DNA from: Gammaproteobacteria bacterium
GTDB lineage: Bacteria > Pseudomonadota > Gammaproteobacteria > UBA4575
Direction: 5' to 3'
Assembly: GCA_965222615.1 (NCBI GenBank)
Contig: CBDCUI010000008.1
Span: 192,001-256,000, forward strand
DNA length: 64,000 nt
Shown here: positions 9,269 to 18,347 of the stretch, in pieces
How the letters are laid out: the number at the start of each line of letters is the position of its first letter
How positions within the stretch are numbered: the stretch's first letter is position 1
Notes under the pieces: generated by a model
What the model was told of the DNA's origin: nothing
The model's input: only the letters and a program-made list of their open reading frames with translations
Database searches by the model: none
Made by a program: the position numbers and the translations under genes

Positions 9269-10342
9269 TTAAAAGCGTATGTGCGTTGAAGAGTTTAGGC
9301 TTCGACGTGCACCACGCCAGTTATCAATGTGGAATTTAGTGAATGGAAGTCCAGTGACTTCAAAGAAACGCGGCCAACCAATGCGTTCTACCCAATCATT
9401 AATTCGTTCCCAGTCCTTGGCATTATCGCGATAGGCACGCAAGATGTTCTTCACCACTGCAGTAGCTTCTGGCCAACGCGGTGGGTTATTAGGGATCCCC
9501 GCAGCCACTAATTTTTGAAATGTAGGTTTGCTACGTGCATTACTATGATTCCCACCGACCCAAATTGCGAGCAGACTGTGTTCGGCGTCATTAATTTGCA
9601 TAGGAGGGCATGGTGGGTAACAAGCTCCACAACAGATACATTTTTTTTCATCGACTTCTAAAGACGGTTTGCCGTTGACTTGTGCGGGTCGTATTGCAGC
9701 AACCGGGCAACGTGCAACGACGGAAGGTCGTTCGCATACATTAGAGACTAGATCGTGATTAATTTTAGGTGGCTTGGTGTGTTGAACATTAATCGCAATA
9801 TCACCTTGTCCACCACAGTTAATTTGGCAACAAGACGTAGTAATGTGAACGCGGTTTGGCATATTGTTTTCACGAAATTCATCGATGAGTTCATCCATCA
9901 TTGCTTTTACCACACCTGAAGCATCGGTCCCTGGAATGTCGCAATGCAGCCACCCTTGGGTATGCGAAATCATAGCTACCGAATTTTTCGTGCCACCAAC
10001 AATAAATCCTTCTGATTCTAGTGCATCAATGAGTGGTAAAACTTTTGCTTCGTCTGCAACCATGTATTCGATATTGCTACGAATAGTAAAGCGCACATGT
10101 CCTTCGGCATATTTATCACCAATGTCACACAGTGTACGTAGCGTAAAGACGTCTAATATACGTTGTGTACCAGCACGTACGGTCCAGATCTTATCCCCAT
10201 TTGCAGCCACATGAAGTAACACGCCGGGCCGCGGATGCTCATGGTAATCCCAATTGCCATAATTTTTACGCATCAAAGGATGCATGTATTGAAAACCATC
10301 AGGACAGCCAGACTCAATAGGTGGGCGATGATCTTGCGCCAT
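9269..10342 (-). CDS. dsrB: Reverse dissimilatory sulfite reductase beta subunit
   Basis: HTQGWLHC, SCCQINCG, CICCGACYPPCP; ends STHIRF. Confidence 0.98.
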   Translation of the reverse strand: MAQDHRPPIESGCPDGFQYMHPLMRKNYGNWDYHEHPRPGVLLHVAANGDKIWTVRAGTQRILDVFTLRTLCDIGDKYAEGHVRFTIRSNIEYMVADEAKVLPLIDALESEGFIVGGTKNSVAMISHTQGWLHCDIPGTDASGVVKAMMDELIDEFRENNMPNRVHITTSCCQINCGGQGDIAINVQHTKPPKINHDLVSNVCERPSVVARCPVAAIRPAQVNGKPSLEVDEKKCICCGACYPPCPPMQINDAEHSLLAIWVGGNHSNARSKPTFQKLVAAGIPNNPPRWPEATAVVKNILRAYRDNAKDWERINDWVERIGWPRFFEVTGLPFTKFHIDNWRGARRSLNSSTHIRF

Positions 10343-10402
10343 ACTTTTCTCCTACGCTTATATTTATTAAAGGTGTGTAAGTAATAAGTTTTTTGATGTT
10401 GG

Positions 10403-11668
10403 CTAGCCAGCTGCAGTTTGTTTTTGCTCGGCTTGTTTACTAAACCATTTCTCAGCTTCGTCGTCCCAACTATCAGAACGGAAGTACGAGCTCTGACGCG
10501 GTTCGTTGACCATATTTGGATCTACGTCAACGCCGACGCCTTCTAAGAAGTTAACTAAACCAATGCGTTCAATCATCTCACCACAGCGTTCATGTTCCAG
10601 TCCGTTTTCAGCCCAAAAATCGATGGTCTCTTCTGCAAGCTCAACCAGACTTTCGTAATCTTCCTCGGTCTCAAGTTTCTTAAAGGGTACGATTACCGTT
10701 CCCATCAAGTCACCGATCTTAAGGGTACGTTTTCCACCAATTAATATCGTGATGCCTTTATCATCACCAGGTGATAACGCCTTTACCATGACGTTCAAAC
10801 AGTGCATACAACGCACACAGTCTTTGTTGTTTACCTCTAAAGTGTCGTCATCTTTAAGCGCAAGGGCTTGGGTAGGGCAGCGGGTGATTACATTATCGAT
10901 TACATACTGACGGCCTTTGCGTTTGACGAATTTTTTAACTTCGTCTTGGTCGACTTTCATGTCATCACGCCAAGTGCCAATGATGGAGAAATCCGAGCGT
11001 TCAATTGAATTCATGCAGTCATTGGGACAACCTGAAACTTTAAACTTAAATTTATATGGAAGTGCTGGTCGATGAACATCATCGGTAAAGTTATTAAGTA
11101 AGGTACGATGAATTTTCATTTCATCTGCATTGGACATTTCGCAACGTGCTGCACCCACACAGGACATGCCAGTACGAACACACGGACCTGCGCCACCTAA
11201 GTCCCAACCATAATCATTGATCTCATCGAAAAAGTGTTGCGTGTTTTCGGTGGTTGCACCGATGAACATAATATTGCCGGTTTGACCATGAAAGGTAACT
11301 AAACCTGAACCCCATTTTTCCCAACTATCACCAAGTTGCCGTAGCATATCTGTGGTGTAGTAATTGCCAGCAGGGGGTTGAACACGCAGGGTGTGAAATT
11401 CTTTTGATTCTGGAAAAGCTGAACCTACTTCCGAAAAACGCGGAATGATTCCACTGCCATAGCCAAATACCGATACGGTACCACCTTTCCAATAGCCTTT
11501 GCGTGTCTCGTACGAGTGTTCTAATTGACCCAGCAAAGAATTGGCTACGCCTTGAATGCGCTCGTCTTCGTGTTTATCGCGTAAACGTTTAATGCCTGAA
11601 ACAAAACTTGGCCAAGGGCCTTTTTCCAACTCATCTAGCATCGGAGTGGGGTGTTGCTTATTGGCCAT
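10403..11668 (-). CDS. dsrA: Reverse dissimilatory sulfite reductase alpha subunit
   Basis: TPMLDELEKGPWPSF; siroheme motifs CVGAARC and SGCPNDC; CVRCMHC. Confidence 0.98.
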   Translation of the reverse strand: MANKQHPTPMLDELEKGPWPSFVSGIKRLRDKHEDERIQGVANSLLGQLEHSYETRKGYWKGGTVSVFGYGSGIIPRFSEVGSAFPESKEFHTLRVQPPAGNYYTTDMLRQLGDSWEKWGSGLVTFHGQTGNIMFIGATTENTQHFFDEINDYGWDLGGAGPCVRTGMSCVGAARCEMSNADEMKIHRTLLNNFTDDVHRPALPYKFKFKVSGCPNDCMNSIERSDFSIIGTWRDDMKVDQDEVKKFVKRKGRQYVIDNVITRCPTQALALKDDDTLEVNNKDCVRCMHCLNVMVKALSPGDDKGITILIGGKRTLKIGDLMGTVIVPFKKLETEEDYESLVELAEETIDFWAENGLEHERCGEMIERIGLVNFLEGVGVDVDPNMVNEPRQSSYFRSDSWDDEAEKWFSKQAEQKQTAAG

Positions 11669-11817
11669 GCGGAATCTCCTAAGTAGTGTAATGTGGGATT
11701 CAGTATTTTGAATCTTTAAGGTACATGAAAAACATACCAGGGCCCGTTAAGGTTAACAGCCTTAAAAACCATGAAAATATACGTTTAGCAGTCTAGAAGT
11801 AGGATGAAAATGGCAAA

Positions 11818-11867
11818 ATCCCCTCCATGGGGTGCCGAGGTAAATACAGCTTACCCCAATAGGGATA
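11818..11867. promoter_or_regulatory. Two imperfect 7-2-7 palindromes (candidate operators) in the divergent dsrA/TauD-like promoter region
   Basis: atcccct-cc-atggggt (11818-11833) and tacccca-at-agggata (11852-11867) in otherwise AT-rich DNA. Confidence 0.45.
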
Positions 11868-11987
11868 GGATTTATGGGGACGATGAGATAAATGAAATTT
11901 ACTGTACTTAGAGTAATCTAAATTATTAATTTGTAACCGGTATATTTACAAAGCTTTATCATCGGAAGCTCCCATATTCCATAAGTT

Positions 11988-12905
11988 ATGCAACCATTTT
12001 TATTGCAAAACCGTCACGAGTATCGGCAATGGCGAGAAGCCAAATTACGCGACTATCCTGTGGATAGTGAGCAGTTGGTTGTGGAAATTCGTAATCCCTT
12101 CAAATTGACTACTCAGGAGCGAGATGCATTGCTCGCTATATGTCAAAAAACAAATTTAGCGATTTATAGATGCCTCAGTAAAAATGTCACTGATAGTAAT
12201 ATTGTATCTGCATTGGCTGCTCAAGTTGGATTGCAACAAATGGATGCCAACTTATGTGCAGACGAAGATAAAATTTCTGCGATTCAAGTGGTCGATAAAG
12301 GGCGTAGTAGCACATACATTCCCTATACCAATAAACCTTTAAATTGGCATACCGATGGTTACTACAACCAAGATCAAGAACGTATTCGCGCATTTTTAAT
12401 GTATTGTGTGCGGCCTGCAAGCTCAGGTGGAATCAATGCCTATCTGGATCCAGAAATTCTTTACATTTTGTTACGTGATGAAAATCCCGATTATATTGAA
12501 GCCTTGATGGATAAAAATGCAATGATGATTCCAGCTAATCTACAAGACCATGAGCAAATTCGTGGTGAAAAAACTGGCCCTGTATTTTTAATCGATGAGA
12601 ATACACAAACACTATATATGCGCTATAGCGCACGAACACGCAATGTTGTTTGGAATGACAACACTGTTACACAACATGCACGAAATAGAATGTTAGAAAT
12701 TCTAAATGATAACCACTATGTTTTCCGGCATCGTTTACAAGCAGGCGAAGGTGTGCTTTGTAACAATGTATTACACAATAGAACTTTGTTTGTAGATGAT
12801 CCTACAGCAAAACGATTACTGTACCGAGCTCGTTTTTATGAACGAGTATCAAAATCAAAACATTCTGATAATGATATGGAAACGGTGAGTCAATGCTGTG
12901 GTTAA
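11988..12905 (+). CDS. TauD/TfdA-family Fe(II)/2-oxoglutarate dioxygenase
   Basis: LNWHTDGYY (HxD), NNVLHNR, RLLYRARF. Confidence 0.85.
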   Translation: MQPFLLQNRHEYRQWREAKLRDYPVDSEQLVVEIRNPFKLTTQERDALLAICQKTNLAIYRCLSKNVTDSNIVSALAAQVGLQQMDANLCADEDKISAIQVVDKGRSSTYIPYTNKPLNWHTDGYYNQDQERIRAFLMYCVRPASSGGINAYLDPEILYILLRDENPDYIEALMDKNAMMIPANLQDHEQIRGEKTGPVFLIDENTQTLYMRYSARTRNVVWNDNTVTQHARNRMLEILNDNHYVFRHRLQAGEGVLCNNVLHNRTLFVDDPTAKRLLYRARFYERVSKSKHSDNDMETVSQCCG

Positions 12906-13093
12906 GTGAAGTCCTTATGCAAAATCATGAGTTGAGGTCATTTGAAGAACTTAAAAAAAAGTTAAGTGAACGCGCACAACAAGGAGAAATGTTTTTTCGT
13001 ATGGACGTGCGACCACCTTTTCAAGATACTCCTGAAAATTGGGAGGATATTCTAGAGTCTGTATTTACATCGGTGAATAATCAGCCTGAGTAA
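12893..13093 (+). CDS. Small hypothetical protein of the dsr-associated cluster (66 aa)
   Basis: Overlaps the upstream stop; ends 7 nt before cas6; DVRPPFQDTPENWED. Confidence 0.75.
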   Translation: MLWLSEVLMQNHELRSFEELKKKLSERAQQGEMFFRMDVRPPFQDTPENWEDILESVFTSVNNQPE

Positions 13094-13100
13094 GCTACGA

Positions 13101-13790
13101 ATGTATTGGCAAGACAAAGAGGAAAAAGATAAACAATATGTCGTACCGGACGATATCGTTGATTTATCTTTCAAAGTACAGTGTAAACAATTGCCATTAG
13201 ACCATGCTTATGTGTTGTCACAAACCATTCAGAAAGAATTACCCTGGATTGCAGATGAACCGCAAGCGGGTATTCATTTAATCCATGGTGCAGAGTCAGG
13301 CAATGGTTGGATTCGACCCCAAGAACCTGATGCAATTTTGAATTTGTCTCGGCGCACACGTTTTATGTTGAGATTACCTAAGCAGCGTATTGACGATGCA
13401 AATCTCATTGCAGGTAAAACCCTAAAAGTAGGCGGACATGAGTTGGTGCTGAGCAATCCACAGCAGAAACTTCTTTCCCCGCTGACTACCATATTTGCGC
13501 GCTATATCATTACAGAAAATATTGAAAACGAAGAGGCCTTCTTAGACCAAGCCGCTGAGTTGGTAAAACAAAAAGGGATTCAGGTGACTAAGATGATGAG
13601 TGGGCGCGCCCATGTATTGCGTATGCCGGGACAAAATTTGTCTACGCGTAGCTTGATGATCGATGGGTTGGAAGTGGAGCAGTCAATTTATTTGCAACAG
13701 CAGGGTTTGGGCGAAGGACGTAAAGTGGGTTGTGGGTTGTTTCTTCCCCATAAGGGTATTGACGCAGTGGGACAAGCCCAGCAAAAATAA
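13101..13790 (+). CDS. cas6: Orphan Cas6 (Cmx6/I-MYXAN-like) RAMP endoribonuclease
   Basis: N-terminal LPLDHAYVL; LSRRTRFMLRLP; C-terminal G-rich loop GLGEGRKVGCGLFLP (GhGxxxxxGhG). Confidence 0.88.
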   Translation: MYWQDKEEKDKQYVVPDDIVDLSFKVQCKQLPLDHAYVLSQTIQKELPWIADEPQAGIHLIHGAESGNGWIRPQEPDAILNLSRRTRFMLRLPKQRIDDANLIAGKTLKVGGHELVLSNPQQKLLSPLTTIFARYIITENIENEEAFLDQAAELVKQKGIQVTKMMSGRAHVLRMPGQNLSTRSLMIDGLEVEQSIYLQQQGLGEGRKVGCGLFLPHKGIDAVGQAQQK

Positions 13791-13794
13791 TATG

Positions 13795-13920
13795 CTAGAA
13801 GCCCTGATTTATTCTGAAACTTTGTTAAAAAATATTTCAAAATGCTCATGTATTTACATATACACTCCGCTTTTTCAATATTTTTTGCCTCGTTTCAAAA
13901 TAAATCAAGGCTTCCTTTAG
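13795..13920. repeat. ERIC/RPE-like element (copy F)
   Basis: IR gaagccctgatttattctgaaac / gtttcaaaataaatcaaggcttc; core ctca-tgtat-ttacat-ataca-ctcc. Confidence 0.85.
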
Positions 13921-13999
13921 AAAATTAAAAATCTCCATTTATGGCCTAGTAACTATTATAAAAATTGTTGTTTATATTGTTAGAAGTGAGGAGTGAAGT

Positions 14000-14341
14000 A
14001 TGGGTATGAATGTAAATGGCAAAGAAGTTGAAACTACCGATTCAGGGTTTCTTGTTAATTTAGAAGATTGGAATAAAGAAGTGGCGCAAGTGATTGCACA
14101 AGAAGAAGATGTTGAGCTTACTGATAAGCACTGGGATGTAATTAATTATCTCAGAGACGAATTTGTAAATAATAACGGCAACCAGCCAAACACCCGTACT
14201 ATGGTTAAGGCGATGGCTAAGGCATGGGGCGATAAGAAATTAAATGCCAAGGTCTTATATGATTTATTTCCTGGTAATCCAAGTAAGCAAGCTGGACGTA
14301 TTGGTGGGCTGCCGGAAAGTCGTCGTAAGGGTGGCTACTAG
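14000..14341 (+). CDS. DsrC/TusE-family protein with no cysteine
   Basis: ETTDSGFLVNLEDW, HWDVINYLR, LYDLFP; ends KQAGRIGGLPESRRKGGY. Confidence 0.9.
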   Translation: MGMNVNGKEVETTDSGFLVNLEDWNKEVAQVIAQEEDVELTDKHWDVINYLRDEFVNNNGNQPNTRTMVKAMAKAWGDKKLNAKVLYDLFPGNPSKQAGRIGGLPESRRKGGY

Positions 14342-14483
14342 AACCCATCTCAAAATAAATCTTTTGCATTGATGCTTCGTTCTCGCTTTTCTCAAATGCT
14401 CATTTACTAACGTGTAAACTGTGCTTCTCGAAAAGCTCGGGCCTTGCCTCAAAGCAAAATCTTGAATTTTGAGCTAGGCTCTA
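14339..14483. repeat. ERIC/RPE-like element, 145 bp (copy G)
   Basis: IR tagaacccatctcaaaat / attttgagctaggctcta; core ctca-tttac-taacgt-gtaaa-ctgt; begins with the TAG stop. Confidence 0.85.
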
Positions 14484-14676
14484 AATAGATACACTATGAA
14501 CTAACTGGAAGTTTGTAGAGTAAACCCACATCATTTGTCGTTATGCGGAGTAATAGTGACGTAGCAATCCAGTTAAAAAGTATTCAGATTAAGCTTTACT
14601 ATTTATCCATAGTGGAATACAGACAGCACTAACTAAATCATTAAATTGTTAGATAGAAATTAACTGAGGATTCAAT

Positions 14677-14880
14677 ATGAGTTCGAAACAAGAAAAGATT
14701 CAAAAATTGCTCGACATGCAAAAGAAATTCATTGAGTTGGAGCAAAGTGGTGAAATTACCGCAGCAAATTATTGGGCACCTGAAGATGGTTCTAACCTTG
14801 ATGGATTTAAAGAAGAATATATGAAACTCGCTATGGAAGTGGTGGATGATGCGCATGAAGAAGTAGGTTCATCACGTTAG
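14677..14880 (+). CDS. Small acidic hypothetical protein (67 aa)
   Basis: RBS gagga; followed by a terminator. Confidence 0.8.
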   Translation: MSSKQEKIQKLLDMQKKFIELEQSGEITAANYWAPEDGSNLDGFKEEYMKLAMEVVDDAHEEVGSSR

Positions 14881-14906
14881 ATTAAATTTTCTATCATTAA
14901 TTTTTT

Positions 14907-14939
14907 AAAAAAGGCCACCATTTTTTGGTGGCCTTTTTT
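14907..14939. terminator. Bidirectional rho-independent terminator
   Basis: aaaaaaggccacca-ttttt-tggtggcctttttt between convergent genes. Confidence 0.9.
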
Positions 14940-14971
14940 ATTGAGCGGAACATATTTAATTAAATATCAAT

Positions 14972-15116
14972 ATAATCTATCTCAACATTGTAGATAGCGC
15001 GCTTAGACAAGGCGCAAACTTTTTTCAGAGCGGAGTTTACGAGTAGTAAATGAGCTATCTGAAGAAAGTTTTGCAACGCAGTATCAGCGTGCTAGATGCA
15101 TTTTGAGGTAGATTAT
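14972..15116. repeat. ERIC/RPE-like element, 145 bp (copy H)
   Basis: IR ataatctatctcaa / ttgaggtagattat; acaaggcgc...ggag-tttac-gagta-gtaaa-tgag...caacgcag; abuts the stop of the minus-strand gene. Confidence 0.85.
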
Positions 15117-15784
15117 TAAACTTCACTCCACATTCGTACCAAATTCACATAGACATTATCAATGCGCTTGGTGTCTTCTGACTCGGGATCTTTACGCAAC
15201 ATTTTTTCTCTGGTTTTGCTGAGTTGATACAATAAATTACGTTGTTCATTGTTACGAATTAAGCTTTGTACCCAAGTTACTGCAACTAATCTCTCGCCAC
15301 TGCTTACTTTTGTGACACGATGTCGTGTAGTTGCAGGATACAACACGGCATCTCCGGCATTGGCTTTTATCGCTTGTTCTCCAAAAGGAGTTTGAATAAT
15401 CAACTCGCCACCTTGGTATTCATCTGGAGAATTAAGGAATATGGTTAGCGCAAGATCAGAGCGATAACGTTCTCCTTCTCCCATAATAGGGTCATCTATG
15501 TGCTCCCCATACTGCATGCCTGTTTGATAGCGTGCATAAAAAGGTGCTGCAACTCTGTGTGGCAATGCAGCTCGTTGATATTGAGGGTGTCGCACGAGGT
15601 TATGCATTACGATTTGATTGAGCCCAGCAATAATTTGTTCATTATCAAGCTCTTCATTGTTTTTGACATTTCTTGCAATTTTCCCCGCCGATTGTTTTCC
15701 ATCTCCAAATGTTGCATTCTTTAATAAGTTTTGAACCTGCTGCAGTTCTTTTTCACCCAGAATATGTTCAATCAGGACTAACAT
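15116..15784 (-). CDS. PKHD-type Fe(II)/2OG hydroxylase (PiuC/YbiX family)
   Basis: YGEHIDD, RSDLALTIFL, YQGGEL, HRVTKVSSGER. Confidence 0.9.
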   Translation of the reverse strand: MLVLIEHILGEKELQQVQNLLKNATFGDGKQSAGKIARNVKNNEELDNEQIIAGLNQIVMHNLVRHPQYQRAALPHRVAAPFYARYQTGMQYGEHIDDPIMGEGERYRSDLALTIFLNSPDEYQGGELIIQTPFGEQAIKANAGDAVLYPATTRHRVTKVSSGERLVAVTWVQSLIRNNEQRNLLYQLSKTREKMLRKDPESEDTKRIDNVYVNLVRMWSEV

Positions 15785-15842
15785 TTTTTGTATTTTGCTA
15801 ACAGGCTATACTTAGTAAAGTTTTTCAAATACATATAAGGCA

Positions 15843-16166
15843 ATGATACTTAAAGTTACGATTGATGAAAAAACATTTCCACTACAAGTCGATGATGAAA
15901 TGATACATCGTGGTAGTGATGTATTTAAAAAAATGGATGATGACATGAATCAAGGATGGCAAATGAGTAGAGTTTGGGTAGATAGGCCAAACGATTTGCA
16001 GCGTTGTCAAATTGCCGCAGATAAAATGTTAACGGCTATACAACGAGAAAAAACGGCAACAGTTGGCCTGATGGCTGCATACATCATGTATAAAATACCT
16101 AAAGTTGAAGCGATTGATATCGATACTTCGGGAGATATGACCCTGACTGAAATTGTGACCAATTAA
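15843..16166 (+). CDS. Hypothetical protein
   Basis: 107-aa ORF with RBS taagg; KMDDDMNQGWQMSR. Confidence 0.75.
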   Translation: MILKVTIDEKTFPLQVDDEMIHRGSDVFKKMDDDMNQGWQMSRVWVDRPNDLQRCQIAADKMLTAIQREKTATVGLMAAYIMYKIPKVEAIDIDTSGDMTLTEIVTN

Positions 16167-16367
16167 AAAGTCGTTGGTATTGTTTCTGAGCGGAAATCCT
16201 GCAAAACCAATATTATATAGATTTTTAATCAACACTTTTTCTAGTGTTGTAACCTATGTACTGGCTCGCATTTTATTGCATAATCAGCAATACTAAATTA
16301 CCACAACATGATTTTAATTCTTCCGACAATCTCTAAGTGTCGGAATACCTGTAAGCGGGAGGTATTT

Positions 16368-18296
16368 ATGGCGGAGGAGAAACTCACGTTTCGACGCTAC
16401 AAGGATGGTGATCATATAACGACGCAGTGGAATAGGGATGTTGTTCAAAACGGGCTGTCTGAGATTTGCCCGGCTTATATTCATCGTACCCCTCCATGTC
16501 AGGCGAGTTGTCCTTCCGGTCACGACATCCGTGGTTGGCTCTCTATTGTCCGCGGTATTGATAAGCCCGTTGGTGATACTGCTTGGCAGGAATATGCATT
16601 TCGACGCATGACCATGTCCAATCCGTTTCCATCGGTAATGGGGCGAGTGTGTCCGGCACCTTGTGAAGATGGTTGTAATCGCAATGAAGTAGAAGAAGCG
16701 GTAGGTATTAATTCAGTAGAGCAACATGTAGGGGATTGGGCTTTACAACATGATCTTACTTTCGCTACACCAGAGGCTGATAGCGGTAAAAAAGTTGCCA
16801 TTGTTGGTGGTGGTTGCGCAGGTTTAACGGCAGCTTATTTTCTACGTCAAAAAGGCCATGCCTGTACAATTTTTGATGAGTACGACCAACTCGGTGGCAT
16901 GATGGTGTTTGGTATTCCAGGTTATCGTACCCCGCGCTCAGTGCTTGAAGGTGAGATTAAGCGGATTATCGATATGGGTGTGGAAGTTAAACTCAATACC
17001 CGCGTTGGTACTGACGTTTCCGTGCAAGAGTTAGAGCGGGATTACGATGCAATATTTTGGGGAATTGGTGCGGTTGCGGGTAAGGCCCTGCCTATTCCAG
17101 GTAGCGACGCCGCAAATGTTGTCGATGGCATGTCTTTTTTACGTGCCTTTAATGAAGGACGCCTGCAATTTATCAGTGGACGAATTTTAGTAATTGGTGC
17201 GGGTGACACCGCGATGGACGTGCTGGCTGTGGCACGACGTATTGGCAATATTCATCATGTTACAGAAAAAGATCGTCCGGAAAATGTAATTCTGGGCTAT
17301 ACCGTACACGACGTTGCCGAGGCAGCGCGGCGCAAAGGTGCTGATGTGTGGGTAGTGTATCGACGTCCCATCTCTCAGGCGCCAGCAACCAAGCATGAAT
17401 TGGAAGCGGTAATCCGTGAAGGTGTGGAGATCCACGATGGATTATCTCCTGTAGAAGTAATTAAAGATGAAGAGGGCAAAGCCAAGGCATTAAAGGTGGT
17501 GCCTGTTGATATGGTTGATGGCGAATTGAAAACCAGAGATGGTGAGGAATTTGAAATCGAATGTAGTCTAATTGTCGGCGCAACGGGCCAAACCGGTGAT
17601 TATCGGGGTATTGAAGAATTCGACAATGGGCGTGGCCTAATGGATGCGGATAAAGTCTACAGAGTGGTCGGCAAGCCCGGACATTTTGTCGCAGGCGATG
17701 CAATTAATCCGCATTTATTAACCACGGCAATTGGTCAAGCTTCGATCGCAGCAGAAGGGTTGCATCATTACTTAATGGGAGATGAAATACCGGCTCGTCC
17801 CAAGATTGATTCTCATCATTTTAAATTATTAGATGAATTGCGTGAACGTGAATTAGCACCCACGCAATTTGAACCACAAGAAGTGTGGGGCACCGATTCT
17901 TCAGATTTTGCCGTACATAATTACGAAGATCGTTCCGCTACAGAAATCGCGACTCACGACCAATTACATCTGGCTTACTTTGAAGAAGTTCCCATGAATC
18001 GGCGGGATGAAGCCAATATCACTGCTGATGAAGTGCTAAATAATTTTCAGGAAAGATTTTCCGCACTAGAAGAACAAAAAGCGATTGATGAAGCCGAACG
18101 TTGTATGAGTTGTGGAATGTGTTTCGAGTGCGATAACTGTGTGGTGTATTGCCCTGAAGATGCGATATTTAGAGTCAAAAAAGAGCAGCGTGCAATGGGA
18201 CGCTATGTGGATACCGATTATGATAAATGCGTAGGTTGTCATATTTGCTCAGAAGTCTGTCCGAGCGGCTACATCAAGATGGGATTATCGTATTAA
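16368..18296 (+). CDS. dsrL: Second DsrL paralog, NADP(H)-type motif
   Basis: Colinear with the operon DsrL (HRTPPCQASCP, CMSCGMCFECDNC); GAGDTA and VVYRR; start ATG 16368 after GGGAGG. Confidence 0.9.
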   Translation: MAEEKLTFRRYKDGDHITTQWNRDVVQNGLSEICPAYIHRTPPCQASCPSGHDIRGWLSIVRGIDKPVGDTAWQEYAFRRMTMSNPFPSVMGRVCPAPCEDGCNRNEVEEAVGINSVEQHVGDWALQHDLTFATPEADSGKKVAIVGGGCAGLTAAYFLRQKGHACTIFDEYDQLGGMMVFGIPGYRTPRSVLEGEIKRIIDMGVEVKLNTRVGTDVSVQELERDYDAIFWGIGAVAGKALPIPGSDAANVVDGMSFLRAFNEGRLQFISGRILVIGAGDTAMDVLAVARRIGNIHHVTEKDRPENVILGYTVHDVAEAARRKGADVWVVYRRPISQAPATKHELEAVIREGVEIHDGLSPVEVIKDEEGKAKALKVVPVDMVDGELKTRDGEEFEIECSLIVGATGQTGDYRGIEEFDNGRGLMDADKVYRVVGKPGHFVAGDAINPHLLTTAIGQASIAAEGLHHYLMGDEIPARPKIDSHHFKLLDELRERELAPTQFEPQEVWGTDSSDFAVHNYEDRSATEIATHDQLHLAYFEEVPMNRRDEANITADEVLNNFQERFSALEEQKAIDEAERCMSCGMCFECDNCVVYCPEDAIFRVKKEQRAMGRYVDTDYDKCVGCHICSEVCPSGYIKMGLSY

Positions 18297-18347
18297 AAAA
18301 CACGATCAAAAAATAACAACTCCGTAGTTAAACTTTTCGCTTAACGT

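Noticed and set aside
13663-14452. ORFs 13663-13920 and 14264-14452 (also 278-526 and 28130-28318)
   Set aside because: Open frames crossing palindromic elements and overlapping real genes
11669-15115. CRISPR array near cas6
   Set aside because: No run of equal direct repeats with unique spacers; the repeats here are single long palindromes separated by genes
16262-16280. Possible sigma-54 promoter tggctcgcattttattgca
   Set aside because: GG-to-GC spacing is not the required 10 nt
16308-16367. 20-aa N-terminal extension of the second DsrL
   Set aside because: Homology to the operon DsrL and the RBS point to ATG 16368
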